Assembly: GCF_900232105.1 (NCBI RefSeq)
Contig: NZ_LT934425.1
Coordinates: 1,890,001 to 1,922,000, forward strand
Origin: Candidatus Kuenenia stuttgartensis
GTDB taxonomy: Bacteria > Planctomycetota > Brocadiia > Brocadiales > Brocadiaceae
Length of the DNA: 32,000 nt
Direction: 5' to 3'
This document shows positions 16,607 through 24,787 of the stretch, one piece after another. The notes below the pieces were generated by a model. It was not told where the DNA came from, did no database searches, and saw only the letters and a list, made by a program, of their open reading frames with translations. Position 1 is the stretch's first letter; the number at the start of each line of letters is the position of its first letter. The translations under genes and the position numbers were made by a program.

Positions 16607-17731
16607 TCAGTCTACATGTGCCATTCCACCTAAATGGCTTTGCAGGGTGTCATACGACGCGTAACATTTCCTGGCGAAACGTACCTGCCAATAAAAGCCT
16701 GCCTTTTCCTTCGATAGTATTTCAAAATGTACCTTGCGTTTCTGCAAATGATCCATCATCCGTTGAATGTTTTCCTCTTCACGAAAACGGAGAAGAAACT
16801 CTTCCCTGATAAGTTCTCCGTCCGCAGCCTTTTTCACACTTTCGTAAATGGGTTTTAATAATGCTTCACCCAGGGCAGTAAAATCTTTAGGGTTTAATTC
16901 ATGGGATTGCTCATAACGATACATAGCTGCCCGGATTATACGATGAGTAAAGTATTCTGACGCTATTTCCGCCATGAGTGGAGCGTTGCAGCGTATATCG
17001 CGCAGGCATGACCCGAAAGTAACATATTTCAGGGTCTTTTCTTCTTTACACGTTGGTTTGAAAACAATACCCTCGCTGCCTGCATCATCTAATTCTTTAA
17101 CAATCTCTTTTAGGGCAAGGATATCTGCAGAAGAAAAACGCCCGAATCGCCTTACGGTAGGCATGCCATATTTATCGAAGATTCGTAACCGCTCTTCAAC
17201 AGGAAGGTTTCGAGAAGTATTTTTCAGCATTAAATCAAAGGCAAAAAAGCGTATATCTTCCTTAACGTAAGGGGGACATTCAATATTGTAAGGATTATCG
17301 GGACCCGCAAATTCCCCGCAAACAATTAGGTCGGGGTGATCGGCAAATATTTTTTGTATATCCAGAAAATCAGCTATCCTGTCTGTAGAAAAGGGGCAAA
17401 CATATCCACCTCGTGAAAAGACGAGTACTTTTCCCCGGATACAAACAATTCTCACATTATAACCATCAACCTTTTCTTCAACATAAAAAGGTTGCGCATA
17501 CGCATTCTTTAATCCGTTCTCCAGATGCAATATTCTTGCAATCCTTGGAAAGTCAAAAATAATGCCCGCACAGGTAACGATTGAGCATTTTCCCAAAGGG
17601 CCGACCTTTCTCATTATCCGGTAATAGGAGATGCCCTCATACTCTTCTCTGGCAACATCATGTTTGTCAATAGATTCCTGCCACCGGTCTTCAGAAATGC
17701 CTGCTTTTTTGATGACTTCGGTTAATGACAT
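16607..17731 (-). CDS. ATP-dependent RNA ligase, Rnl3 / Pab1020-like
   Basis: 374 aa. The nucleotidyltransferase motifs appear in order: I EEKVDGYNVR (Lys87), III IRFFAFDLM, IV SEGIVFKP, V TLKYVTFG. Size and N-terminal extension match the archaeal homodimeric Rnl3 type. Confidence 0.75.
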   Translation of the reverse strand: MSLTEVIKKAGISEDRWQESIDKHDVAREEYEGISYYRIMRKVGPLGKCSIVTCAGIIFDFPRIARILHLENGLKNAYAQPFYVEEKVDGYNVRIVCIRGKVLVFSRGGYVCPFSTDRIADFLDIQKIFADHPDLIVCGEFAGPDNPYNIECPPYVKEDIRFFAFDLMLKNTSRNLPVEERLRIFDKYGMPTVRRFGRFSSADILALKEIVKELDDAGSEGIVFKPTCKEEKTLKYVTFGSCLRDIRCNAPLMAEIASEYFTHRIIRAAMYRYEQSHELNPKDFTALGEALLKPIYESVKKAADGELIREEFLLRFREEENIQRMMDHLQKRKVHFEILSKEKAGFYWQVRFARKCYASYDTLQSHLGGMAHVD

Positions 17732-17957
17732 AGTGAAATATCCGAAAAAAAAGGGGTTAAAAATAGCGGCGGAATGAAGCCTCTGTCTGATAAAAAGACC
17801 TTGAAAATATTCGATACATGATGTTACTTAACACCAAGCCTTTTATTCAAGGCAAAACTAGTGTATAATTTCAGCAAAACAAGTATTTTGCCCCCTTGTT
17901 TTTATTGTAACCTCAATATTTGTAAAAGGTTAAATTTATTGTCCGTTGTTTTTAATG

Positions 17958-17986
17958 TTGACTTGAAAAAAACATATTCGTATAAT
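17958..17986 (+). promoter_or_regulatory. Near-consensus sigma70 promoter (TTGACT-17 nt-TATAAT)
   Basis: ttgact at 17958-17963, a 17-nt spacer, tataat at 17981-17986. It points toward the DHH gene (start 18201). Confidence 0.55.
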
Positions 17987-18018
17987 TGGCTAACGTTTTG
18001 TTGAATTATCAGGATAGT

Positions 18019-18056
18019 GTCCGGTAAAAAAATTTTTTACCGGACTCGCTTTTTTT
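18019..18056 (+). terminator. Terminator-like palindrome plus T7 tract inside the leader (possible attenuator or short RNA end)
   Basis: gtccggtaaaaaa-a-ttttttaccggac (18019-18045), then tcgc and TTTTTTT (18050-18056). It lies about 30 nt downstream of the predicted TSS. Confidence 0.45.
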
Positions 18057-18200
18057 ACAATCCCCTTGTTCCTCCCCCTTGTTCACTCACGTCTGCCATG
18101 CCCGGCATGGATAGAGGCAGGTTTTCTTACGAGGGATTTTGCTGCTTGCTTACTGCGTTGCGTTATGAAATAGGATTCAATCTTTTAAGGAAATAAAATT

Positions 18201-19676
18201 ATGTATATAATCCTTGGTTGCGATTGTGTTGCTAGGGCGTTGGTTAAAAATTTAAGCAAATCCGGTGAAGAGGAAATACTTGTAATAGACAAGGATGAAC
18301 AGGCCTTAAATGCCTTAAAAGAATTTAATATCACCACGATAACCGCAGATATTTATGACTACAACTTCAGTTCTTTGCCGGGGAAAGACCCCGTAGCCTT
18401 TATTATTTTACAAAAAAATCCTAAAGAAAACCTTGCCTTAATAAAACGCATCAAGGAATTATTCCCTGATAAATTTGTTTTAACGCAAGTGACAGACGAT
18501 AAAGAATCCTCTGAATCAATGGCTGCCGGAGCCGACCGTGCTGTTGAATCCGTCAGGATACTTTCGGATGCGATTCTCAATGAACTGGAATCTGCAAAAC
18601 TAAGAAGGTCTGCCTCGAAACTGGTTAAAGTTCTCCGGGAGGCAACGAATAACGGATTGGCTATTTTTTTACAGAACAATCCCGACCCCGATGCTATTGC
18701 CTCCGGGCTTGCGCTCAAACGTATTGCCGGGGAATACGGCATTAAATCAAAGATTTATTATGGGGGGAACATTGGCCATCAGGAAAATAAGGCGCTGGTC
18801 AATTTGTTGCAAACAGACCTTATCAGACTCAATACTCCCGACGAATCGCTAAGTATTATTAACTCTGTTGATAAAATAGCGTTAATAGAAGCCTCTATAC
18901 CTTCGAAAAATAATATATTGCCGCCCGATACGAACGTTCATGTCATTATAGATCATCACCAAACGGATATTAGCCTTGTAAAAGGGGAATTTGTTGAAAT
19001 AATGCCTGGTATTGGCGCCAATTCTTCCATTATGACAAGGTATTTAAGGTATCTGGGAATAGCGCCGGACGTTCCGCTTGCGACCGCACTTCGCTATGGT
19101 ATAAGAGTAGATACCAGTGGATTTACAAGGAACACAACCACTGAAGACCTTGACGCGGCAGCCTATCTTTCTCCATTGGTAGATGTGGGGCTCTTAAACC
19201 AAATTGAAAATCCCCCCATGAGCGCAGAAACGATGGATATCATTGGAAGAGCAATAAGAAACCGTGAAGTACGAGGGGCATACTTAACCTCATTCGTAGA
19301 ATTCATAACCGACCGCGATGCGCTACCGCAGGCAGCCGAACTGATGCTGCAAATGGAAGGTATTTCTACGGTGCTCGTCTTCGGCATTGACAAAGACAAG
19401 GTCCAGTTATCGGCGAGGAGTGTAGATTCCAGGATTAATCTCGCGTCATTATTGCAAAAAGCATTTGGCTTTATGAACGCGGGTGGGCATGCTACCATGG
19501 CTGCAGGCTGTATTGAACTTGGCATATTTGGAGATGTTACAGATAAAAGATCGCTTTCGAAAATCACTTTTGATGCTGTCAGAAAGAAGTTTTTCTCTGC
19601 CGCCGGAGTGGATATAGAGAAGAGAGAAATACCGGATGATCTGGAATCGATAATGAATTATAGCGTGAAAGATTAG
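18201..19676 (+). CDS. DHH/DHHA1 phosphoesterase (NrnA/RecJ-like) with N-terminal degenerate TrkA-N-like domain
   Basis: 491 aa. MYIILGCDCVARALVKNL...ILVIDKDE is Rossmann-like, with the GxGxxG motif degenerate. DHH motifs: NNPDPDAIAS, VIIDHHQTD. DHHA1: MNAGGHATMAAG. Confidence 0.8.
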   Translation: MYIILGCDCVARALVKNLSKSGEEEILVIDKDEQALNALKEFNITTITADIYDYNFSSLPGKDPVAFIILQKNPKENLALIKRIKELFPDKFVLTQVTDDKESSESMAAGADRAVESVRILSDAILNELESAKLRRSASKLVKVLREATNNGLAIFLQNNPDPDAIASGLALKRIAGEYGIKSKIYYGGNIGHQENKALVNLLQTDLIRLNTPDESLSIINSVDKIALIEASIPSKNNILPPDTNVHVIIDHHQTDISLVKGEFVEIMPGIGANSSIMTRYLRYLGIAPDVPLATALRYGIRVDTSGFTRNTTTEDLDAAAYLSPLVDVGLLNQIENPPMSAETMDIIGRAIRNREVRGAYLTSFVEFITDRDALPQAAELMLQMEGISTVLVFGIDKDKVQLSARSVDSRINLASLLQKAFGFMNAGGHATMAAGCIELGIFGDVTDKRSLSKITFDAVRKKFFSAAGVDIEKREIPDDLESIMNYSVKD

Positions 19677-19711
19677 TTATCTTTAATTTGTTAAAAAGGA
19701 GAAAAAAAGGA

Positions 19712-20560
19712 ATGAAAAAGGGCTATTTAGTGGTTGCCGCGTTAATAGGCATGTCGTTTTCCCTCGCATCTTGCGTTTCCACGCAAACACAGGTGGAAGA
19801 AGAGGCGCCGGAAGTAAAGATAGAAGTTGTGCCTTATGACGCTCCTGCGGTAGAAACGGCGGAACCTGTTGCTGAACCAGTGGAAATAGAAGGGATCGTT
19901 GAAGAGGAAGAAATAACGGAAGTGGCTCCTGCGGAAGAAACAGTAGAAGCTGTTCCGGAACCGGTAGAAGCAGAAACAATAGAAGAAGCGGCAGAACCTT
20001 TAGGGGTTAAAGTACCGGAAGAAGATGTTGTGACAGAGGAGAAGAAAGAAGAAGTCGTGACAGAAACACCTTCTGCCGCAAAAACGGAGGTGTCTGCTGC
20101 AAAAACAAGCACCTGTTCCATATGTGGCAAAGTCGTGGGAGAAAATCATATATGCGGCATTACTACCTATTGCAGTCAATGCGGAAGGGAAGCAGGTTCC
20201 GGGCATATTTGCGGCACAACGCAATTTTGCCATGAATGCGTCGAAGAAGTTGGACCTAATCATATCTGTGATTTGACATTTTTTTGTCCCGATTGCAAAA
20301 AAGAGGTGGGAGATGGGCATATTTGCAACGTAACAACACTTTGTCTGAACTGCGAGGAGGAAGTAGGCGCTGGACATATTTGTGATTTAACGTATTATTG
20401 TTACGAGTGTGAAAAAGAAGTCGGGGATGAACACATTTGCGGCCTTACCCATTTCTGCTATGCCTGCAAGGAGGAGGTGGGCGAGGGTCACAAGTGCGGT
20501 GTAACGTATTTTTGTTTTGAATGCGAAAAGGAAGTAAGTAAGGACCACAAGCACGAGTAA
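19712..20560 (+). CDS. Exported lipoprotein with acidic E/P/V/A-rich spacer and eight tandem CxxC-x7-HxC repeats
   Basis: The ATG at 19712 gives MKKGYLVVAALIGMSFSLASC (lipobox LASC). About 110 aa of low-complexity acidic sequence follow. A 19-aa unit is then repeated 8 times (CSICGKVVGENHICGITTY, CSQCGREAGSGHICGTTQF, ... CFECEKEVSKDHKHE). Confidence 0.8.
   Translation: MKKGYLVVAALIGMSFSLASCVSTQTQVEEEAPEVKIEVVPYDAPAVETAEPVAEPVEIEGIVEEEEITEVAPAEETVEAVPEPVEAETIEEAAEPLGVKVPEEDVVTEEKKEEVVTETPSAAKTEVSAAKTSTCSICGKVVGENHICGITTYCSQCGREAGSGHICGTTQFCHECVEEVGPNHICDLTFFCPDCKKEVGDGHICNVTTLCLNCEEEVGAGHICDLTYYCYECEKEVGDEHICGLTHFCYACKEEVGEGHKCGVTYFCFECEKEVSKDHKHE
20114..20557 (+). repeat. Intragenic tandem repeat: 8 x 57 nt (last unit short) encoding the CxxC-x7-HxC unit
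   Basis: The first Cys of each unit falls at ORF-track residues 143, 162, 181, 200, 219, 238, 257 and 276, an exact 19-aa period. The DNA units have diverged while the protein motif is kept. Confidence 0.85.
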
Positions 20561-20586
20561 ATACAAATATAAATGGATTTCGGAGA

Positions 20587-20624
20587 CTCCGTATTGCGCT
20601 TAATGTATCAAGTGCAATACGGAG
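20587..20624 (+). terminator. Hairpin downstream of the Cys/His lipoprotein gene (no T-tract)
   Basis: ctccgtattgc (20587-20597) / gcaatacggag (20614-20624), an 11-bp stem with a 16-nt loop. It is followed by gtaccttccc, so it is not a canonical intrinsic terminator. Confidence 0.3.
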
Positions 20625-20903
20625 GTACCTTCCCATAAGCATTAAGTTGTTTTTGATATTTTTTAAATGGACTCCAATAACTAATATCGAACAAGGAATA
20701 TCGAATTATGAAGTTTTCTTATACTTCGATATTCGTTATTCATTAGCTTCTATTTGCGTGTATCGCGGTTAATAAAATAACCGCCAATGAACGCTAATAA
20801 ACGTGCATATGGAAATTTTATAAGAGGAACCCTTCCCCAGGTCATCGATCCAATCCAGCGCCTTTCATTGACAAATCGCAATTAACCTATACCCGATAAG
20901 CAA

Positions 20904-21392
20904 TCACTTTTCAATGATGAGTAACAATCCGCAGTCAGGGCATTCTTTCGTATCAGCACGAATACTATAACCGCAAGCAGGGCATCTTCCCAGCGATTCC
21001 CAGTCTTTAGAAGCCTTGATTTCAGGATACTTTTGTGTATGGAATTCCTCAATACAGTTATGTGCGGCGAGTGCATCCCCTTTTGTTGTCAAGAGAAGAT
21101 ACCGGCATCCACACTTTCCCGTACTACAGCCAGGGGCTAAGACAATTTTAGAAAAAAACCCTTTTCTTAAAAGTAAATCCGATAACTCACGAACGCTTTC
21201 TCTCCCTTCTTCCCTGATGGTGACCAATTCATCGTGGTGAGACGCGGGAATGTCCGGCTTTTTCTTTCTTTCTTTTTCAACCTCTTCCGGCATTATCAGG
21301 AGAACTCCGCAGTCGGCGCATAAAGAAATATGCGCATAATACTCGGATTCGCATTTTGGGCAAATTTTTACATTTTCAGTAGTCATGAACAA
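20904..21392 (-). CDS. Double zinc-ribbon protein with central DUF2007-like domain
   Basis: 162 aa. N-terminal CPKC-x13-CADC, C-terminal CPAC-x11-CPDC, and a middle segment ELVTIREEGRESVRELSDLLLRKGFFSKIVL. Confidence 0.65.
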   Translation of the reverse strand: MFMTTENVKICPKCESEYYAHISLCADCGVLLIMPEEVEKERKKKPDIPASHHDELVTIREEGRESVRELSDLLLRKGFFSKIVLAPGCSTGKCGCRYLLLTTKGDALAAHNCIEEFHTQKYPEIKASKDWESLGRCPACGYSIRADTKECPDCGLLLIIEK

Positions 21393-21514
21393 TTAACCAA
21401 AAAACACTATTACAAAAAGTCTCTGCCAGTTTAAATTATACATAGAGCGATAACGCCGCAATCAATGGGATTTTAACCGCAAAGCACACGCGCGTACACA
21501 AAGTTCGTCAATGT

Positions 21515-23527
21515 TTATATACCCCACTTTTTTTCAATCTCATTTAAAATATTTTTTGTGGTAAATCCAAAGTGTTCTGCCAGGGCCTTTGCGGGAGCAG
21601 ATGCACCAAAGTGGTCAATTCCGATGATAAGGCCATTGATGCCAGTAAATTCATGCCAGATTCCTTTTGCCGCTGCTTCAATGGAGACACGCCTTGTACA
21701 TGACGGTGGAAGGATATTGTCTTTATATGCCTCCGGGTTGTTCCTGAATAATTCTAAACAAGGAAAGCTTACGAGACGTGCAGCAACGCCCTTTTCCTGC
21801 AGTTTTAGTGTTGCTTCAAGGGCGATTGATACCTCGGACCCAGACGCCATGAGGATTATATCCGGAGTACCCATGGAATCCTTTAGTATGTAGGCGCCGT
21901 GTTTTAATCCCTCTGACGAAGGATACACAGAGCGGTCAATAACCGGAATATTCTGGCGGGTAAGTATCAGTGCTGTTGGACCGTTTTTGTGATTCAGCGC
22001 CGTTATCCAGGCCGCAGCCGTTTCGGTTGCGTCCGAAGGCCTTATTGTCAACAGGTTTGGAATAAGCCTCAAGGAGGGTAGCTGTTCAATCGGCTGATGC
22101 GTTGGGCCGTCTTCTCCGAGAAATATGCTGTCATGGGTAAATACATAAATTACCTGAAGCTTCATCAACGCAGCAAGCCGGATAGAAGGTCTCATGTAGT
22201 CGGAAAATATCAGAAACGTGGAACCATGGGGAATAATGCCGCCATAAAGCGCCATGCCGTTGAGAACAGCGCCCATGGCGTGTTCTCTAACCCCGAAGTG
22301 GATATTTTTTCCAATAAATGAATTTTTGTTGATGGCAGGCGACCCCTTAATAAACGTTTTAGTGGAGGGGTTAAGATCGGCAGAGCCGCCGATGAAGGAC
22401 GGTATTTGCTGTGCAATTATCTGCATCATATCTCCGGAAGCAGCCCTTGTTGCGACTGAATCTTTTTTGATGGTCTCAAGCAGCTTAGATTCAAGGTTGT
22501 CCGGGATAGCTTTATTCATATAAGCATTCCACTCTCCGGAAAAATCCGGATCCTCTTTTAAGCGGGTATGAAAGGCATTTTGCCAGTTTTCGTAAACATC
22601 TTTTAACTCTTTTACGCGGCTAGCGCATAGTTGCCTTACTTCATCAGGAACGTAAAAAGCCGGGTTTTTTGACCAGCCGATATTTTCCTTTGTTAATGCA
22701 AGTTCTTTTTCTCCAAGCGGCTCCCCGTGAGCGGACGCATTGTTCTGCTTATTCGGACTCCCTTTTCCAATATGGGTTGTCGCGATAATAAGAGAGGGTC
22801 TTTCTTTTTCATTTTGAGCAGATTGTATGGCATTCGCAATTTCATTATGATTGTGCCCGTCAATTTTAAAAACCTTCCATGAGTATGCTTCAAAACGTTT
22901 TGCCACGTCTTCTGTAAAAGCAAGTGAGGTGTTTCCCTCTATCGTGATGTGGTTGTTGTCGTAAAGGTAGATAATGTTGGAAAGCCCAAGATGCCCCGCA
23001 ATGGAAGCAGCCTCGGAGGAAATTCCTTCCATCAGATCTCCATCGCTTACAACCCCGTAAATGGTGTGACCGATAATTTTTTTGCCAACTTTATTAAACC
23101 GTGCCGCAAGCAAACGTTCTGCTATTGCCATTCCAACGCCATTTGCAAATCCTTGCCCCAAAGGGCCTGTAGTGACTTCCACGCCAGGGGTATGGCCGTA
23201 TTCCGGATGTCCCGGTGTTTTACTGTTAAGCTGCCGGAATTGTTTTATTTCATCCAGCGACAGGTCATATCCATAGAGGTGCAATAAGGAATAGAGCAGC
23301 ATAGAACCATGGCCTGCGGAAAGGATAAACCGGTCCCGGTTGGGCCAATTCGGGTCTTCCGGATTAAATTGTAAAAACTGTGTCCAAAGAACAAACGCAA
23401 CATCCGCACACCCCATAGGCAATCCCGGATGCCCTGATTGCGCCTTTTCAACTGCGTCGGCGGAAAGCATTTTTAATGTATTGACTGCAAGTTCTGCTGT
23501 TTCTTTTTGTATGGCGCTTATTTTCAT
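21515..23527 (-). CDS. tkt: Transketolase
   Basis: 670 aa with [60 protein letters not shown] and [19 protein letters not shown]. Confidence 0.95.
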   Translation of the reverse strand: MKISAIQKETAELAVNTLKMLSADAVEKAQSGHPGLPMGCADVAFVLWTQFLQFNPEDPNWPNRDRFILSAGHGSMLLYSLLHLYGYDLSLDEIKQFRQLNSKTPGHPEYGHTPGVEVTTGPLGQGFANGVGMAIAERLLAARFNKVGKKIIGHTIYGVVSDGDLMEGISSEAASIAGHLGLSNIIYLYDNNHITIEGNTSLAFTEDVAKRFEAYSWKVFKIDGHNHNEIANAIQSAQNEKERPSLIIATTHIGKGSPNKQNNASAHGEPLGEKELALTKENIGWSKNPAFYVPDEVRQLCASRVKELKDVYENWQNAFHTRLKEDPDFSGEWNAYMNKAIPDNLESKLLETIKKDSVATRAASGDMMQIIAQQIPSFIGGSADLNPSTKTFIKGSPAINKNSFIGKNIHFGVREHAMGAVLNGMALYGGIIPHGSTFLIFSDYMRPSIRLAALMKLQVIYVFTHDSIFLGEDGPTHQPIEQLPSLRLIPNLLTIRPSDATETAAAWITALNHKNGPTALILTRQNIPVIDRSVYPSSEGLKHGAYILKDSMGTPDIILMASGSEVSIALEATLKLQEKGVAARLVSFPCLELFRNNPEAYKDNILPPSCTRRVSIEAAAKGIWHEFTGINGLIIGIDHFGASAPAKALAEHFGFTTKNILNEIEKKWGI

Positions 23528-23528
23528 G

Positions 23529-24344
23529 TTATAATAATTCTCCCAATTTTTTAGATTTTAAAGCGGCGGCTTCTACTGCATTTATGACAGCGGCACGTAA
23601 TCCGCCATCTTCTAATTTGCTCACACCTTCAATAGTTGTTCCTGCAGGCGAGGTGACGGCGTCCTTTAACTGTGCGGGATGTTGCCCGGTTTCCAGCACC
23701 ATTTTTGCTGCGCCCAATGCTGTCTGCGCCGCAAGGGCCGTTGCTATTTCTCTTGGAAGTCCCATTTTTACCCCGCCGTCTGATAATGCCTCAATAAACA
23801 TATACACATAGGCAGGCCCGCTCCCGCTTACCCCTGTAACTGCATCCAAATATTTTTCCTCAAGTTGAAAAACCTTTCCGACGGCATTAAATATCGCGTG
23901 CGCCAATTTCTTATCACCTTCCGTTGTATGTTTCCCTGGTGCAAAGGCCGTCGCCGAAGAGGCAATCAGGCATGGTGTATTAGGCATGACCCTGATAACA
24001 CGAACGTTTTCTCTGAGTTTTGATTCAATAAAATGCAGGGGAATGCCTGCAGCGATGGATATGATTAAATGACGGGGAGTTATGTCGTTTTTTATATTCT
24101 CAAGCGCTTCACCGATAATTTGCGGTTTCACCGCGAGGATAATAACGTCTGCAAAGGCGGCAATATCATGATTGTCTTGTGTAGTTTGGACGCCAATTTC
24201 TTCTTTTAATAAACGGCATCGCTCTGCAAGGACATCGCTAACAATAATGTTGCTGCCGGCGCTAAGGCCTGCCCTGATAATGCCTTTGCAAAGCGCCTCC
24301 GCCATCTTACCGCCGCCGATAAAGCCGAACTTTTCTTTTAACAT
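23529..24344 (-). CDS. proC: Pyrroline-5-carboxylate reductase
   Basis: 271 aa with [11 protein letters not shown] (Rossmann), VMPNTP and [11 protein letters not shown]. Its stop TAA (23529-23531) lies 1 nt from the tkt ATG (23527), suggesting tight coupling. Confidence 0.9.
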   Translation of the reverse strand: MLKEKFGFIGGGKMAEALCKGIIRAGLSAGSNIIVSDVLAERCRLLKEEIGVQTTQDNHDIAAFADVIILAVKPQIIGEALENIKNDITPRHLIISIAAGIPLHFIESKLRENVRVIRVMPNTPCLIASSATAFAPGKHTTEGDKKLAHAIFNAVGKVFQLEEKYLDAVTGVSGSGPAYVYMFIEALSDGGVKMGLPREIATALAAQTALGAAKMVLETGQHPAQLKDAVTSPAGTTIEGVSKLEDGGLRAAVINAVEAAALKSKKLGELL

Positions 24345-24604
24345 TACGCATTTCCTGAATAATTTAATTTTTGAAACACCTTAGTGTGTTTGAGGAGATT
24401 GTTTTATTCCCGCTATCTGGAGAAAAAAATAAGGGATTAATTTTCACCCGTGGATTATATCGCAGAATAAAAAAAGGTCAAGGATGGATTGCCCGATACT
24501 GCATGAGGATGAAAAGTCGATTTCACACACCTGAAAATACCTTTTATCCGCAGATATAGGTAGAGTCGCGCAGATAAAAAACTTCTTGCAACACTTTGGT
24601 CTTT

Positions 24605-24660
24605 CGAAAAACATATTACCGATAGGCTCCGCAGGAGCGACCTGTCTCACTGTCAATCAT
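24605..24660. repeat. Second copy (truncated) of the CTCCGCAGGAGCGACCTGTCTC dispersed repeat
   Basis: cgaaaaacatattaccgataggctccgcaggagcgacctgtctcactgtcaatc compared with 10702-10755 ttgaaaaatgtattacctataagctccgcaggagcgacctgtctcttgtaaatcc. About 45/54 positions are identical by eye. Confidence 0.75.
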
Positions 24661-24787
24661 ATGCAGGCCGATGCCAGGAGTAAAGACTTGACCCTTTTCA
24701 TGGTTTCTTGTTGATATATGTGTTTTGAGGTGATATAACTCTTTATAAACCAATGCTTAATGTCTTACTTTTTGGCTTCCCGTTCCC

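Noticed and set aside
18141-18176. Shared motif tgcgNtatgaaata upstream of both the DHH gene (18141-18176) and the GrpE-like gene (26599-26625)
   Set aside because: Only about 12-13 matching nt. By my estimate, dozens of such matches are expected by chance in a 32-kb self-comparison.
19683-20130. Two 98-aa minus-strand ORFs (L/P-rich and S/T/A-rich) opposite the acidic spacer of the lipoprotein gene
   Set aside because: They are antisense translations of a GAA/GAG/CCG/GTx low-complexity region, which makes them an artefact of composition.
19712-20560. Possibility that the Cys/His repeat protein is a multiheme c-type cytochrome
   Set aside because: There is no CxxCH motif anywhere. The residue after each CxxC is G, V, K or E. 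The His sits 8 residues after the second Cys (seven residues between them).
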